NCBI GenBank assembly: GCA_973895155.1
Contig: OZ316894.1
Coordinates: 18,762,805 to 18,826,804, forward strand
Origin: Marsupella aquatica
Lineage: Eukaryota > Plantae > Marchantiophyta
Length of the DNA stretch: 64,000 nucleotides
Direction of reading: 5' to 3'
Of the stretch, positions 24,805 through 37,143 are shown in pieces. Under the pieces are notes generated by a model. The model searched no databases, was not told where the DNA came from, and worked only from the letters and a program-made list of their open reading frames with translations. The first letter of the stretch is position 1. Every line of letters begins with the position of its first letter. Position numbers and translations under genes: made by a program.

Positions 24805-27800
24805 ATGAGTGATTCGGAGGAGTTTTTCGAAGACGTGGAACTTGAAGCACGAGGATCACCGCGGAGGTTTCAGGGGCAGAGAGAGGAGCAGGAGGAAGAG
24901 GAAGAGCACGTGACACCGATACCATCACCGGTGCGGCGTGTGGTGGAGGAAGCAGTACTACTACCGGAGCTCACGGTAGTGCCAAAGAAGAAGATGGGGA
25001 CTTTCAAGCTTGGGGGACCCAAGTATGAAGTGACAAAGTATGATGGGCGCTCTGACTACTTGCTATGGGAGAAGCAGGTGAAGGGAGTGCTCTATGCGTC
25101 AGGGATGGGCCAACTGCTGAGCCCTCGTGAAGACGATGTTGATGAGAAACAATGGGACCGCATGCAGGAGCAGGGAGTGTGGTGCGTTACACTCTATCTC
25201 ATGCCTCCCATCATCAAGCAGTTGGGTGCACATAAGGATTGTATGTCCTTGTTTGCGGAATTGCAGAGCAAGTATCACCGCAAGGAGTTGTCGAACCGGC
25301 TCTACACTTCCTACAAACTGATGAGTTTCAGGATATAGGAATCCGGTACGAAGTTGCAAGACCATGTGGATGCTTTCAACGACATGGTCGTTGACTTGGA
25401 AAACCTTGGGGAGACTTTGAATGATGAGACGAAGGCTCTGCAGCTTCTTAGTTCATTGCCTCCATCTTACCAGTCCCTATCACGAGTGTTGTTGCATCGT
25501 GATAGGGATACCATTTCATACAATGACGTGGTAAGTTCTTTGCTTAGTGATGATCTTCAGCAGAAGATGCACATCACATCACAGCCTTCATCATCTGGTG
25601 CTGCCCTCAATGTTAACCGTGGGAGGAGTACGCAGCGACCAACTGGGGACCGTAGAACCCAGTTTAGATCTAAATCTAGATCTAAGTCCAAGGGTAAATC
25701 CCCTCAGAGGAGGCAGGTGACATGTTGGAAGTGCAACCAAGTTGGACACTTCAAGCGAGACTATAAGGGAAAGGCAGCGGAAACTTCATCGGCAAATGGC
25801 TAGGGCTGATGGAGAAGCTGATTTACTCAATGATGAGTATGTTTTATGAAGCCGAGGGTATGCCCTGTGCACGTCATCTAGGAGAGCAGATGATGTGTGG
25901 ATTCTTGATTGTGCTTGCTCTTTTCATATTTGTTACATTCGTGAGTTTTTCAGTTCTTACTCTGTTTCAAACGGTTCAGTTTTGATGGGAAATGATCACT
26001 CCTGTCAAATTGAGGGAATTGGGTCTGTGAAGATTCAAATGTTTGATGGCGCTGTGCGCACAGTGTCCGGAGTTTGGTATGTACCTGGCATGCGTAAAAA
26101 TCTGATTTCACTCGATGTGTTGAATTCAAATGGTCATCAATGGAGCGTTATTGATGGTGAACTTCAAGTCAGGTAAGGAGAGACAGTGATTTTGAAGGGG
26201 AGTAGACAAAAGAATTTGTATGTGTTACAGGGCAATACTGTATGTGGAGAGACCAATGTAACCAAGTCTCACGAGGAGATGACTCAACTGTGGCATTCAC
26301 GGCTAGACCACATGAGTGAGAAGGGTTTGGCTATCTTACGGAAGAATGGACTCATTTTTGATTTGCAATCTTGTAAATTAGAGTTTTGTGAGCATTGCAT
26401 TCTTGGAAAGCAGCATCGTCGTGCTTTTGGTGTTGGAACTCATCATTCCAAAGCGGTTCTTGAGTACATACATAGTGACGTGTGGGGTCCATCCCCGACT
26501 CCCTCACACTCTGGAAAGTTGTACTATGTATCATTTATTGATGATTACTCAAGATTTGTGTGGATTTATTTCATGACGCATAAGTCTGATGTCTTGTCCA
26601 TTTTTAAGAAGTGGAAGGCCCAGGTGGAGAATCAGACTGGAAACACGATCAAGTGTTTGGATACAAGGGTGAAGAGTCTGAGGTCAGACAACGGCGGAGA
26701 GTACACTTCAATGGAATTTGAAGAGTACTGTTTAGAACAGGGGATAACTCACCATCTCACCATAGTTTATACTCCGCAACAGAATGGTGTCGCTGAGAGG
26801 CTCAATCGGACACTGTTGGAGCGATCACGGAGTATGTTGAGCCAATCAGGTTTACCACAAGAATTTTGGGCAGAAGCTGTTATTACCGCAGCTTATTTGG
26901 TAAATCTTTCTCCTTCTAGTGCTATCAATTTCAAAATGCCGTTTGAGATGCGCTATAAGCGGCAAGCAGACTATCATGGCTTGGTAGTTTTTGGAAGTGA
27001 TGCATATGCTCTCACACCAAAGCAAAATAGGACCAAGTTGGATCCTACCTCCAAGAAATGTGTTTTTCTTGGGTAACAGAGTGGTATGAAAGCCTGTAGG
27101 CTATGGGATCCTATTGCCTGTAAGCTCGTTGTCAGTAGGGATGTTTCCTTCAATGAATCCAGATTATTGAAGGAGGGGGAGAATACTCAGGTCTCCCGTA
27201 CTGACAAAGGAAAATCTCCTATCCCGGATCTCGTTGAGGGGGAGATTGGTTATGAGGTGCATGACCGGAGAGAAGGAGTTGCTCCAATTATGGAGCTGGT
27301 TCCTGTGCCAGAGGAACCAGAGGAGTTTGTTGATGCTGGTGAGCAGCAAGTGGATGCTGTTGAGCTTCAAATTGTACCAGCACACGCAGATCAACCGGAG
27401 TTATCGGCTAGAAGAACATCTGGTCGCACTATACGCGCTCCACCAAGGTATGGACAGTGGGTTGATTCATCTCAACTGCAAGAGGATGATTTTGCAGCTG
27501 ATGATGAGGGTAATGCGTTCATTTCATGAGGCAAGTGCTTCAAAGGAGAAGCAGAAGTGGACTGCAGCAATGCAAACGGAGATGCAGTCACTAAAGGACA
27601 ACAAAACTTGGGAGCTTGTTAAGCTGCCTAAGGGTCAGCAAGTGGTGGACAGCAAGTAGATTTACAAGCTGAAGGATAATTCCATAGGAGGTGGATCGAA
27701 GGTCTACAAGGCTAGGTTGGTAGCAAAGGGATTCACACAAGAGAAAGGTGTGGATTACAATGAGGTCTTCTCACCAGTTGCTAAGTACTCTACAATACGA

Positions 27801-29096
27801 CTATTGTGTGTACTTGTTGTAATGTTTGGTCTGCTGCTAGATCAGATGGATGTTGTCACAGCTTTCCTCTATGGCACATTGGAAAAGGTGATCTTCATGA
27901 GACAACCGCTAGGTTTTGTGAAGAGAGGACAGGAGGAATTGGTTTGCAGATTGCTGAAATCCTTGTATGGGTTGAAGCAGTCACCAAGACAGTGGAACAA
28001 GCGGTTTGACGATTGGATTCGGTCACAAGGTTTTCACAGAAGTGTATTTGACCCTTGTGTGTATTTGAAACCGGTAAAGAATGTTGTCTTTGAGTTCATT
28101 GTTTTAGTACTTTATGTGGATGATATGCTAATTGCAGCCAAGGATAGGTTTGAGATTGTTAAGCTCAAGGCACTGCTTAGTGCAGAGTTTAAGATGAAGG
28201 ACTTAGGGCCAGCTAAGAGGATTTTGGGTATGGAGATCACTAGGGACTTGGAGGCTGGCAAGCTATGGTTGACGCAGAGCAGTTATGTGAGGAAGGTAAT
28301 TGCAAGGTTCAACATGGGGAATAGCAAGCCAGTAAGTACCCCGTTGGCTCCACACTTCAAGTTATCATCAGCGTTCTGTTCTACGGATGACACAGAGAAG
28401 GGGTTGATGTCAAAGGTTCCGTATGACAAGGCAGTGGAGAGTCTCATGTATTTGATGACTTGCACTAGACCTGATCTTGCCATGGCTATGGGCAAGGTAA
28501 GCAGGTACATGTCGAATCCAGGGAAGGTACACTGGGAAGCAGTTAAGTGGATTATTAGGTACTTGAAGGATACCGTGGATCATGGTCTTTTATTTGATGC
28601 GAATGCAAAGAATGCTAAATCAATGATTGGCTATGTTGATTCTGACTATGGACAAGATTTGGACCGAAGGAGATCAACAACAGGATACGTGTTCACACTT
28701 GGCGGTGGATGCATAAGTTGGAGGTCTACTTTGCAGAAGTGTATTGCTCAATCTACTACAGAAGCGGAGTATGTTGCAGCTGCGGAAGCAGCAAAGGAAG
28801 CGATTTGGTTGGATAGACTTATCACTGAAATGGGATTGCCACAGGGGAATGTGAAGCTCCATTGTGATAGTCAAAGTGCGCTCCACCTTGCTGTGAACCA
28901 GGTGATGGACCGTAGAGTGAAGCACATTGACGTCAGGTACCATTTTATTAGGCAGGCTGTGTCTGATAATTTGTTTGAGCTAGTCAAGATTGATGGTAAA
29001 CTCAACTCGACTGACGCATTTACCAAAGTGATTCCTTTGGAGAGTTTCTCTAGACACCGTGACGTATTGCAGGTTTTGCAATTGCATCACAAGTAG
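24805..29096 (+). pseudogene. Disrupted copia gag-pol polyprotein
   Basis: Gag (KYDGRSDYLLW; zinc knuckle CWKCNQVGHFKRDY), PR (WILDCACSFH), IN (HSDVWGP, LRSDNGGEY, PQQNGVAER), RT (MDVVTAFL, LYGLKQSPRQW, LYVDDML), RH (DSQSA, KHIDVRYHF). Stops at about 25336, 25801, 26174, 27074 and 27657, plus frameshifts. Confidence 0.95.
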
Positions 29097-29290
29097 AGTT
29101 TTCTTAACATTCATTGTAATTACTGATATATGCTCTTCCTCATTATTTCCTATGTATTAGGCTACGGCTTAGTTCTGGTTTGCTCTAGTTAGAGAGGGAA
29201 ACCGGTTTGGTTTTTGTCCAGAACTTCCCGCTAAGGGATCATATACATTGGCAGTATTACTCTCCCCTAGACCAGAGTCAAGGGGAAGAT

Positions 29291-29714
29291 TGTTGGGTAT
29301 TTACTCTTACGTCTAGGTTAGGTATGACGTGGTTGGTACAACAACGTGGCCGGTTGGTATAACTACGTGGTTAGGTACAACTACGTGATTAGGTACAACT
29401 ATGTGGTTAGGTATAACTACGTGATTAGGTACAACTATGTGGTTAGGTACAACTAAGTTGCACACTATATCATAAAAGGCATGTGTGCTTGGAGAGGTAG
29501 AACCAAGGCTCATTGTTATGGAGCCACTTGAGAGATAAGGAGAGCTTACACTGTAGAGACTCGGTATAGCCGATGGGCTTAGAGTTCAGTAAAGCTCTCT
29601 TATGTGTTCCCGTGGACGTAGCCTCAAGGAGGTGAACCACGTATCTCTTGTGTCGACTATTGTGCGTTGGATGGTTCATGGGCTTGCCGTTGCGATCGTC
29701 GTCTATGCTCAACA
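29291..29714 (+). repeat. 3' LTR (424 bp)
   Basis: Near-identical to the 5' LTR (about 10 substitutions and one 3-bp indel by manual comparison); followed by TSD TTGAT. Confidence 0.95.
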
Positions 29715-30569
29715 TTGATCTAGTCCATTTTGCATCCTTTGGTACCCCTCAATTTTGCCATCCACCAAATATATATGTGCAAACAAAATAGTAATTTAAT
29801 CTGAGATAATTAATCAAATTTTCTTAAGTGCCTTTAGAATATATAATTATTTATAAGTAGTTGCCCTGCGGGCTTAATGAAAATAAATTTCATTTGTTTG
29901 CATGCACGTTCCCATTCTTATATCAATCCAAATAAGTGATTTCCAAAGGTAAAAAGGAAAAAAACAAGATGAATAAAAAAGAGGCTTATTTAGGGTTTAG
30001 TATATGGAGCTCAATCTAATTGTTTGCTTTTGCCCCAATTCTTGCCACAGCTCTTGCCCATATGTAGTATAGTGTTATATCCCAACTCTTCCTACCAACT
30101 TGCACCAAATTTTGGTCCTCTACCTCTATGTGGACTTCTACAACATTCAACAACACACACAACTCTTTCCACCACCAAGCACTTTTCACAATGACACTGA
30201 CACCTTCTACAACATTTGACATTTCTCACAAGGATACTGGTTTGATTTAAACACCCGTTTAAACACTTGCACAATAGCAACATTTCCATGTATTCCAGTG
30301 CAACGTACTCATGCATGTGAATATATTCACAATGACAACATTTTTGCAACATGCTACTTACCACACATTCAACTTAATTGACCATGTATTCCTAACAACA
30401 CCATCATAGCCAATCATGCATGATGATGACATGGCCGTAACGACAATAATTTGCAATGCGCAGAAATTGGGTTAAGAAATAAAATATATCACGTACAGTA
30501 CAAAAGAACAAAAACCCCCGCAAAAACACCAAGCTGGCGACAAGCTAGATCCCCAAAAGATCCCAAATA

Positions 30570-31020
30570 TAGGAGACCCAATAAAGGGGTGATCAAAACC
30601 AAGGTGAGAACCAAATCAGACCCAAGAAATGGGAAATAACTTTGGAGAGGAAACAGAAGACCCAAATAGAGGGGAGAAAACAAATAACCACTGTCTAAGA
30701 CCAAAGAGCCACAGATTAAAAAGCCAAGGTGAAACCCAAACCAGACCAAATAAACCAGAGATACATAAAGGAGAAAACGGAAGACCCAATAAAGGGGAGA
30801 AAAGACAATATACCAGAGATAAAGGAGAAAACGGAAGACCCAGTGCAGGGGAGAAAAGACCAAATAAACCACAGTCAGATAAAGATAAGGAGAAAACGGA
30901 AGGCACAATTAAGGGGAGAAAAGACCAAATAAACCAGAGATAAAGGAGAAAACGGAAGACCCAACAAATTAAGGGGAGAAAACAAGGGGAAACTTAAAAC
31001 CCAGGGAGACCAAAGAGCCA
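30570..31020. repeat. Purine-rich imperfect tandem repeat (about 55-65-bp units)
   Basis: Recurrent GGAGAAAACGGAAGACCCAATAAAGGGGAGAAAAGACCAAATAAACCAGAGATAAA. Confidence 0.8.
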
Positions 31021-31683
31021 AAGAAGAACTGCCAAAATGGCCGAGCTGAGCCAGATATATATAAAAGCAGACAAAGGAAAAATAGCTTCATACACGCCAC
31101 CCAATCCTATGGAAGACTAAAATTGGCCGCTGACGGCGGCGTGGCTGAAACTTCAAGGAACCGAAAAATCACCATATGCTAAATTTCGTGCCTAGACTGC
31201 GCGGACAAGTCTACCTTTTGGTTCATTTCTTAGTTCATCCTCTCTGGACTCTCTTTTCTTCCGCCAGTCTCACTTGGCCCTTTTTTAAGTAGAGGGGGCG
31301 CCCCAGAAACCCATTATTGAGCTCCTAATATCTTGAGCAGATGGCGGAGTAAAACAGCCATGTAAATGTTCGACGGTGCGCGAACAGCGATGTGATGTTC
31401 GACGGTGCGCGAACCAGATCAATTTTGGTGTTACGTACCCAAATTGCCCTACAACCAGTATCTGAAAGAATCCGAACCTGCCTCTCGATAGCTGGGACAA
31501 GAGCGACCATGATCAGTACTTAAGCATCAGCGAGTCAGTTCTGACACCAGTCATCCGATAGTCGGATAATCAACCTTCGACCGGTGACTGAAGTCCCTTC
31601 AGACTTTGCTTCTCTTCTCTCTTGTGCCGGTACTTCTGCTTAGGACTACTGTCTTGCTGTGGACTTCAGGGAGATCAGAAAAC

Positions 31684-33353
31684 ATGTCGATCACCGGGAA
31701 CATGACCCCAAAGCATGGGGATCCTTACAACTATCCCATGGTGCCAGACCAGCCCCTTGTTGCCAACCCTGCTCCATTGGGACTGGCAGCGTTCGGTATC
31801 ACCACTTTCGTTCTCTCAATCTACAATACGGGTTGGGGATGGAAGTTCACTCAACAGCACAACGTTGTTGTTGGATTGGCTCTCTTTTATGGCGGTTTGG
31901 CTCAGCTCTTGGCTGGCATGTGGGAGTTCAAGGCAGGCAACACGTTCGGAGCCACGGCGTTCTCATCTTACGGTGCCTTCTGGCTTTCGTTCGCTACCAT
32001 CCTAATTCCTGGTACGTGCTCACTGGTCTGGCATGATTCACCTGCCTGTGATCTCAGCTGCAAAGGGACCCCATAATATAGCAATTTTGATATGCCATAC
32101 CGATAGACGAAATGGTCAAGGTTACCGTTGTTCTGATCTCTTTCAGAGCTTTTCAGAACCCCGTGTTCAGAACTACCAATTAGGTTCTGTAATTCCCAAC
32201 TGGTGAAAAGCTTCCCAGGATTCTGCTCAAGACCGTCAATTATGCATGGTGCATCGCGCTCATGGGTAATGCGTAGTACGTACTCGCTGCTGTCCAATGC
32301 AGTTTGAGGGGAACCAAGTTTGCAGAATTTTCTCTTAGCTTCCTTCTGAAGTAATCAGGGAGAACATATTAACCGTAGATCAGATTTCAGAGTTGTTCTG
32401 AGCTTATATATGTGGATCGTTTCAAGTTGGCAGGAGTTTCTCTTCCTTCTGAAGTAATCACGTACGGAGAACATAACCGTAGAGCAGATTTCAGAGTTGT
32501 TCTGAGCTGCAAAGTCCTGGAGATTTAAGCTGTACCAATGACACTGTTCCTTGAGCTAGATGATATTTGTCTTTCATAGAACTTATTTTATTAGAATAGC
32601 TTGTATTAATTCAGAGATTTAATTAACTGAGATTCTCTCGATCTCATTGAAGGAGTAGTCTATAATATAAAATAAATATTCCGTTCAAGATATAGAACGA
32701 GGGTAGCCGGACAAGTCAGAGGGAACTGAGATTTTGCACATAATTAATATATAGTTAATAAAAAACACGTGGAGTTAATATATAGCTTCTGCTTTCAGTT
32801 GACAATGGTTTGACTACTTTGGGATCACGATAGCTTTCTGTAGTTGAATGGCACGGGAATCGAGATTATGAGTCCACAACTACTTCATCATACTGTTACT
32901 AATAAGTCAAATGTTGTCCTTTTCAGGATCCGGGATCCTAGATGCCTTTAAGGATGCTCCAAATCCGCTAGCTCCGAACGATCCGACCAAAAATGTTCTC
33001 AATGTACCAGAGCTTCAAGACATGCTTGGCATTTATCTCCTAGGCTGGTGTTTCTTAACATTCATTTTTTTCTTGTGCACTCTCCGGCAAAACGAGCGTC
33101 CATTCTGCTCTTTGGGTTGCTCACCATCACATTTTTGCTCCTCGCCATCAGCAACTTGAGTCAAGCAAACCACAAGACGGGCCAGCAAGCTGGTGGATTC
33201 ACAGGTATCATAACTGCTATCATTGCAATGTACATGGTGCTCGCGAATCTCGCCAACAAGGAGCACACGTTCTTCACTCTTCCCATCGGAAGAATTGGAA
33301 TTATGGAGACTGATGTCCTGCAGAAGAAACGAAAGGAAGACATGGACGTCTAG
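31684..33353 (+). CDS. GPR1/FUN34/YaaH (AceTr, Ady2/SatP-like) acetate/monocarboxylate transporter; 2 exons (31684-32011, 32927-33353); apparent 1-nt frameshift near 33090
   Basis: Signature [56 protein letters not shown] intron joins [10 protein letters not shown] in frame. The C-terminal helices [18 protein letters not shown] and [15 protein letters not shown] lie in a shifted frame. Confidence 0.88.
32340..32508. repeat. Local duplication (about 105-bp period) in the transporter intron
   Basis: CTTCCTTCTGAAGTAATCA..GAGAACATA..ACCGTAGA.CAGATTTCAGAGTTGTTCTGAGCT occurs twice. Confidence 0.75.
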
Positions 33354-36300
33354 AGTTAGGCAGAGCCTGTTGTCGCGGGGTAGAGTGACACAGTGAAGTA
33401 GTCGCTTCAGGACTATCAGAGAACTTTAGTTCTTTCTGAAAGCTGTTATGGACCACGTGATCACCCTTCTCAAAAGTCTCTTGCAGAGAGAGCACACACC
33501 AATTTGCAGTTTTCACTCATCTGCGTGTCTATTGGAAAAATGAGATCAAATGAGAAATTAAGCATTCTGGACCCTCAACATGTATCTGTATGTTTCCACC
33601 CACTTGAGGAGTTATTTTTCCTCCTCGAGTGCAGCCTGAGTTACCAGTAGCCTTGGGAGTCTGGCGTCGTACGTAGTCAGGACGCAATCGAGGAAAGGAA
33701 AGGATTTGAAGGAAGTTTGAAAGTGTAAACTGTACTTTATCTAGGATTTGGACTGTAAGGGTGCTTGCATGTCTGTATTTTTACGATCAGAGTCTTCTCT
33801 CTGGCAAGAAATTTTCTGCAATTCCCTTCCAGCGCTTCGATCTGGAGATATGTATTGAACTGTGGTATTGCTCAGTTGCTTTTCATGTCGATCGACTTCA
33901 TCAAGACTTGATTGAAATTGATATAAGCTTTTGTGGCCATATATTCTCATCGTCATTATTTAGGCAATAAATGTCACCGCTACCTTCGAAAGTTGTTGCG
34001 GACAAACACTTTCTGATCTGTTAGGTGTTGTCCCAGTCAGTGTGGCAATTAGGACCCAACGTAGTGTTCCTCAACTCAGAATGAAGGGTCCGTAAACGAA
34101 TCCTTGGCCGAGCCCCACCCCAGCCTTCGTCTTTGTAATCACCGTTGCTCTCACTTCCCCAATTTTGGTGGCAGTCTTCTTCTCTAAGAAAAAAGGATAG
34201 ACAGTCAAGCTCTGGTCAGAAGCTTGTGTGTGACATTGATATATAGAATCGTACATTCGCGGTGAAATAAGAAACATACACTCTGAAGAAAGCGAAGCTA
34301 GGATGGACATGTCCACGAGGTTGGACATGGTGCTCCCGTGTACAAGCGCAACCCCCATGGACAGCCCTCAAACCTATTAACTTGCTTCAACAGACATTAT
34401 ATTTCTTTCTGTCCATGCATACAGAGATCTGTAAAGATGTATACTGCCCAAAGCCAGTTTTACTCATAGGATTAGTAGCCATCTTGCATGCATGTGTGAG
34501 GTGCTTAATTTTGCTGACTCCACAAATCGCAGTATATATGGACTGAGAACTTTGTGTACTAACCTCCTCATCAGGCAGGGCAAGAACCAAGGGCAAGGTT
34601 CGAAAACTTTAATTATATGAACTAAAGTTTCCCGCACTTGCCCTTGGTTCTTCACATTGCCCGTACTCTAAAATCAGAATAAACAGACAACAGGGACAAG
34701 AAATGACAAATTAAACCAAAGAAAAAATAGACTGAGACAAAAAAAAAAAAAAAGGGGGGAAGAAAAAAAAATAGAGACAAGAAAAGTACTTGTGCACCTC
34801 ACACTTAGCAAGGCAAGAGAATACAGGTCCCTGCAATGTAGGAAGTTAAGTGCAAAGAAGAATTTTTGATGAGGACCTCACACAGATTGAAGGATAGACC
34901 TCAGGTCACTTGGTTACCTTTATCATATAGGGAGACAATATGTCATATGCTTATGTGAGGAGATATATTTAGGATTTTTTTTTACTGTCGGGGCAAGTGA
35001 GCATCTGTGAGATATGTGCGTGCACCCCATGCACAAAGATATTTGACTCTTTTTAATGAGACAGAAAAGTTGCTCAAGTCCATCCTCTCCGTGCACAAGT
35101 AGAGACATTATCAAAGATACACAAGGAGATATTTCGCACGTGAAGAAGAATAACTGGACAAGGAGCAAATGCATAATGTTAAAAAAAGCCTTATAATCTG
35201 GTTTTGATGAAGTTTTTACACAATGCCATACAAACAAGTTTGGTTGTTTAAGTTACATATTAATTTGGATTCCTTGAGTTGAGACGTACAAGATTTTAGT
35301 AGACTAATATATTAAAATGAAACTGACAATGCTGTCAATTGGACATAAAGCGATTATTTATACGGAATTCAAAATTTGCCTTATAAAAAGGGGAGTTGCA
35401 TATATACCTGGGATTTCTGTATGACGGCTCCACAAGCTGTCAAAGCAGTCATTTGGTTTGAATTGACAAATCTGTTGAGTCTGAAGATGACCAAAGACTG
35501 CTTTAAAGGCTTAAGGTCAATAATATATTCTCCATTCATTTGCAAGAGTTACCTGTCTGGTCTCATGTCATCAAAGTGTAATTGACACCCTTTCTCTTTT
35601 AACAATTAACTTCAGCAACCCACCTGAGCTTGTTGGGAGTGGAATCAAATCAGGTACCTTTCCAACTACCTAAGTAACAACTATCAGTTGATTTAGATAC
35701 CGTTTGGATAACAAATGAGGACATTTTCAGCATTATAAGGACTGACTGTAAATTGTGTTACACTAACTTGTGACACAAAATGGTACCTCCAGTGGTGGAC
35801 CATTTTATCAAAGTCCGTCGTGCTCACATTACCTCTCTGACAGGGAGATCAAGCTCGTTATTCTCCGCTTTACACACATCTCATTGGCTGGTACCATCGG
35901 TGTCCGTGCTCAACCTGCAAAGTGAACTATGTTGCGTGCTGTTTAGAGGGGCTTTACAAGATGGTGGGGGCAGTTCAGTTTCTCTCCATCCAAAGCAAAG
36001 CTGATGGTCATTTCCTTGCACAGAAGTTAAAATGCCTGAGTCTAAAAACAATCTATCCACAAACTTGCTCTAACTAGGCAATTTGTTTTTGACAAAGACT
36101 GCCAGTAAGAAACTATGTGGTTGAGATTGCCACTTTATGTTGGTGGCCAATGCATTTGTCCACCACTGTATGTTCGTAAATTGTTGAAAATTTTCAAGAT
36201 CAAGACGGCCAGAGAAGAAAAAAAGAGACTCCCTGGTGGATGAAAAAAATTGAGAGTAAACTTCCCAATGGCAATGAATGATGAATTTATGCTCACTTGT

Positions 36301-36404
36301 CAGTGAAAAAGATGGAAGACTAGGAATTGCTAGGAATACATATTATGTATCAATCTTTAAAAGAAGATTGTAATTATAATAAACCCAAGTAAATACAGAT
36401 TACT

Positions 36405-36722
36405 GACCTTACATTTTTGTCTGGTCCTGAAGTATGGAATGGGACAGCTGTTTCAATCCAAGCTTTAGGGTTGATGTGAACAACAGGAACAGGCCAAGAT
36501 ATACATACGTTGTGAAAAAGAAATATACACTCTGAACAAGAATATATTACAGCTAATCTTACATGAGTTTTGTCTGGTGCTGAAGTATGGAATGGGACAG
36601 CTGTTTTAATCCAAGCTTTAGGGTCGCCAGACAAATGTGAACAACAGGAACAGGCCAAATTACATACTTGTGAAATAAGAAATATACACTCTGAACAATA
36701 TATACACCGCAGTTGATCTTAT
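36405..36722. repeat. About 153-bp tandem repeat (two copies here; a third at 43386-43527 beyond the retrotransposon)
   Basis: TTTTGTCTGGT(C/G)CTGAAGTATGGAATGGGACAGCTGTTT..AATCCAAGCTT..ACAACAGGAACAGGCCAA..AAGAAATAT(A/G)CACT at about 36415, 36568 and 43395. Confidence 0.9.
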
Positions 36723-37143
36723 TGTGTTAATGGAATGAGAATGAGTATCTGAATAGCCATGAGTGGTGGTACATATAGTCATGTCTGGTGACCGGCTGGT
36801 CCGGTCATCCGGTTAGAGGTAGAGTCTAACACTCCCCTTTGGATATATAGTAACAACTATATAGACAACATAGACTATACCTATTATATCATGTTCATAG
36901 AAAATACATGATATAAGTACAAGCGAGGTAGACTGCCTCGTTAGAAAACCTTTATCAACTCTAGCTTAGTAAAAACTCTACTAGTGTAGCAGAGAAAAAA
37001 TATGAGTGCTAAAGGAAAAAGAGTGCAGCCTGACAGTCCTCGTCGTAATAAATGTCAATATTAAATAAAGTCAGATGCTATAGTAAATCTAGTTTTAATA
37101 TTTGTCTCAACAGTAGGTCGTCAGCATCATGTCATCAACAGCA

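Larger units (their letters stand above)
23231..29714 (+). mobile_element. Full-length, defective Ty1/copia LTR retrotransposon (Tnt1/Tork-like)
   Basis: TG..CA LTRs at 23231-23651 and 29291-29714, 5-bp TSD TTGAT on both sides, PBS TGGTATCAGAGC, PPT AAGGGGAAGAT, and domain order gag-PR-IN-RT-RH. Confidence 0.97.

Noticed and set aside
29988-30000. Telomeric repeat TTTAGGGTTTAG
   Set aside because: Fewer than two full units; such motifs are common as isolated telo-box-like sequences.
30489-30943. Hydrophobic or charged repetitive ORFs
   Set aside because: Products of a purine-rich tandem repeat that is open in several frames.
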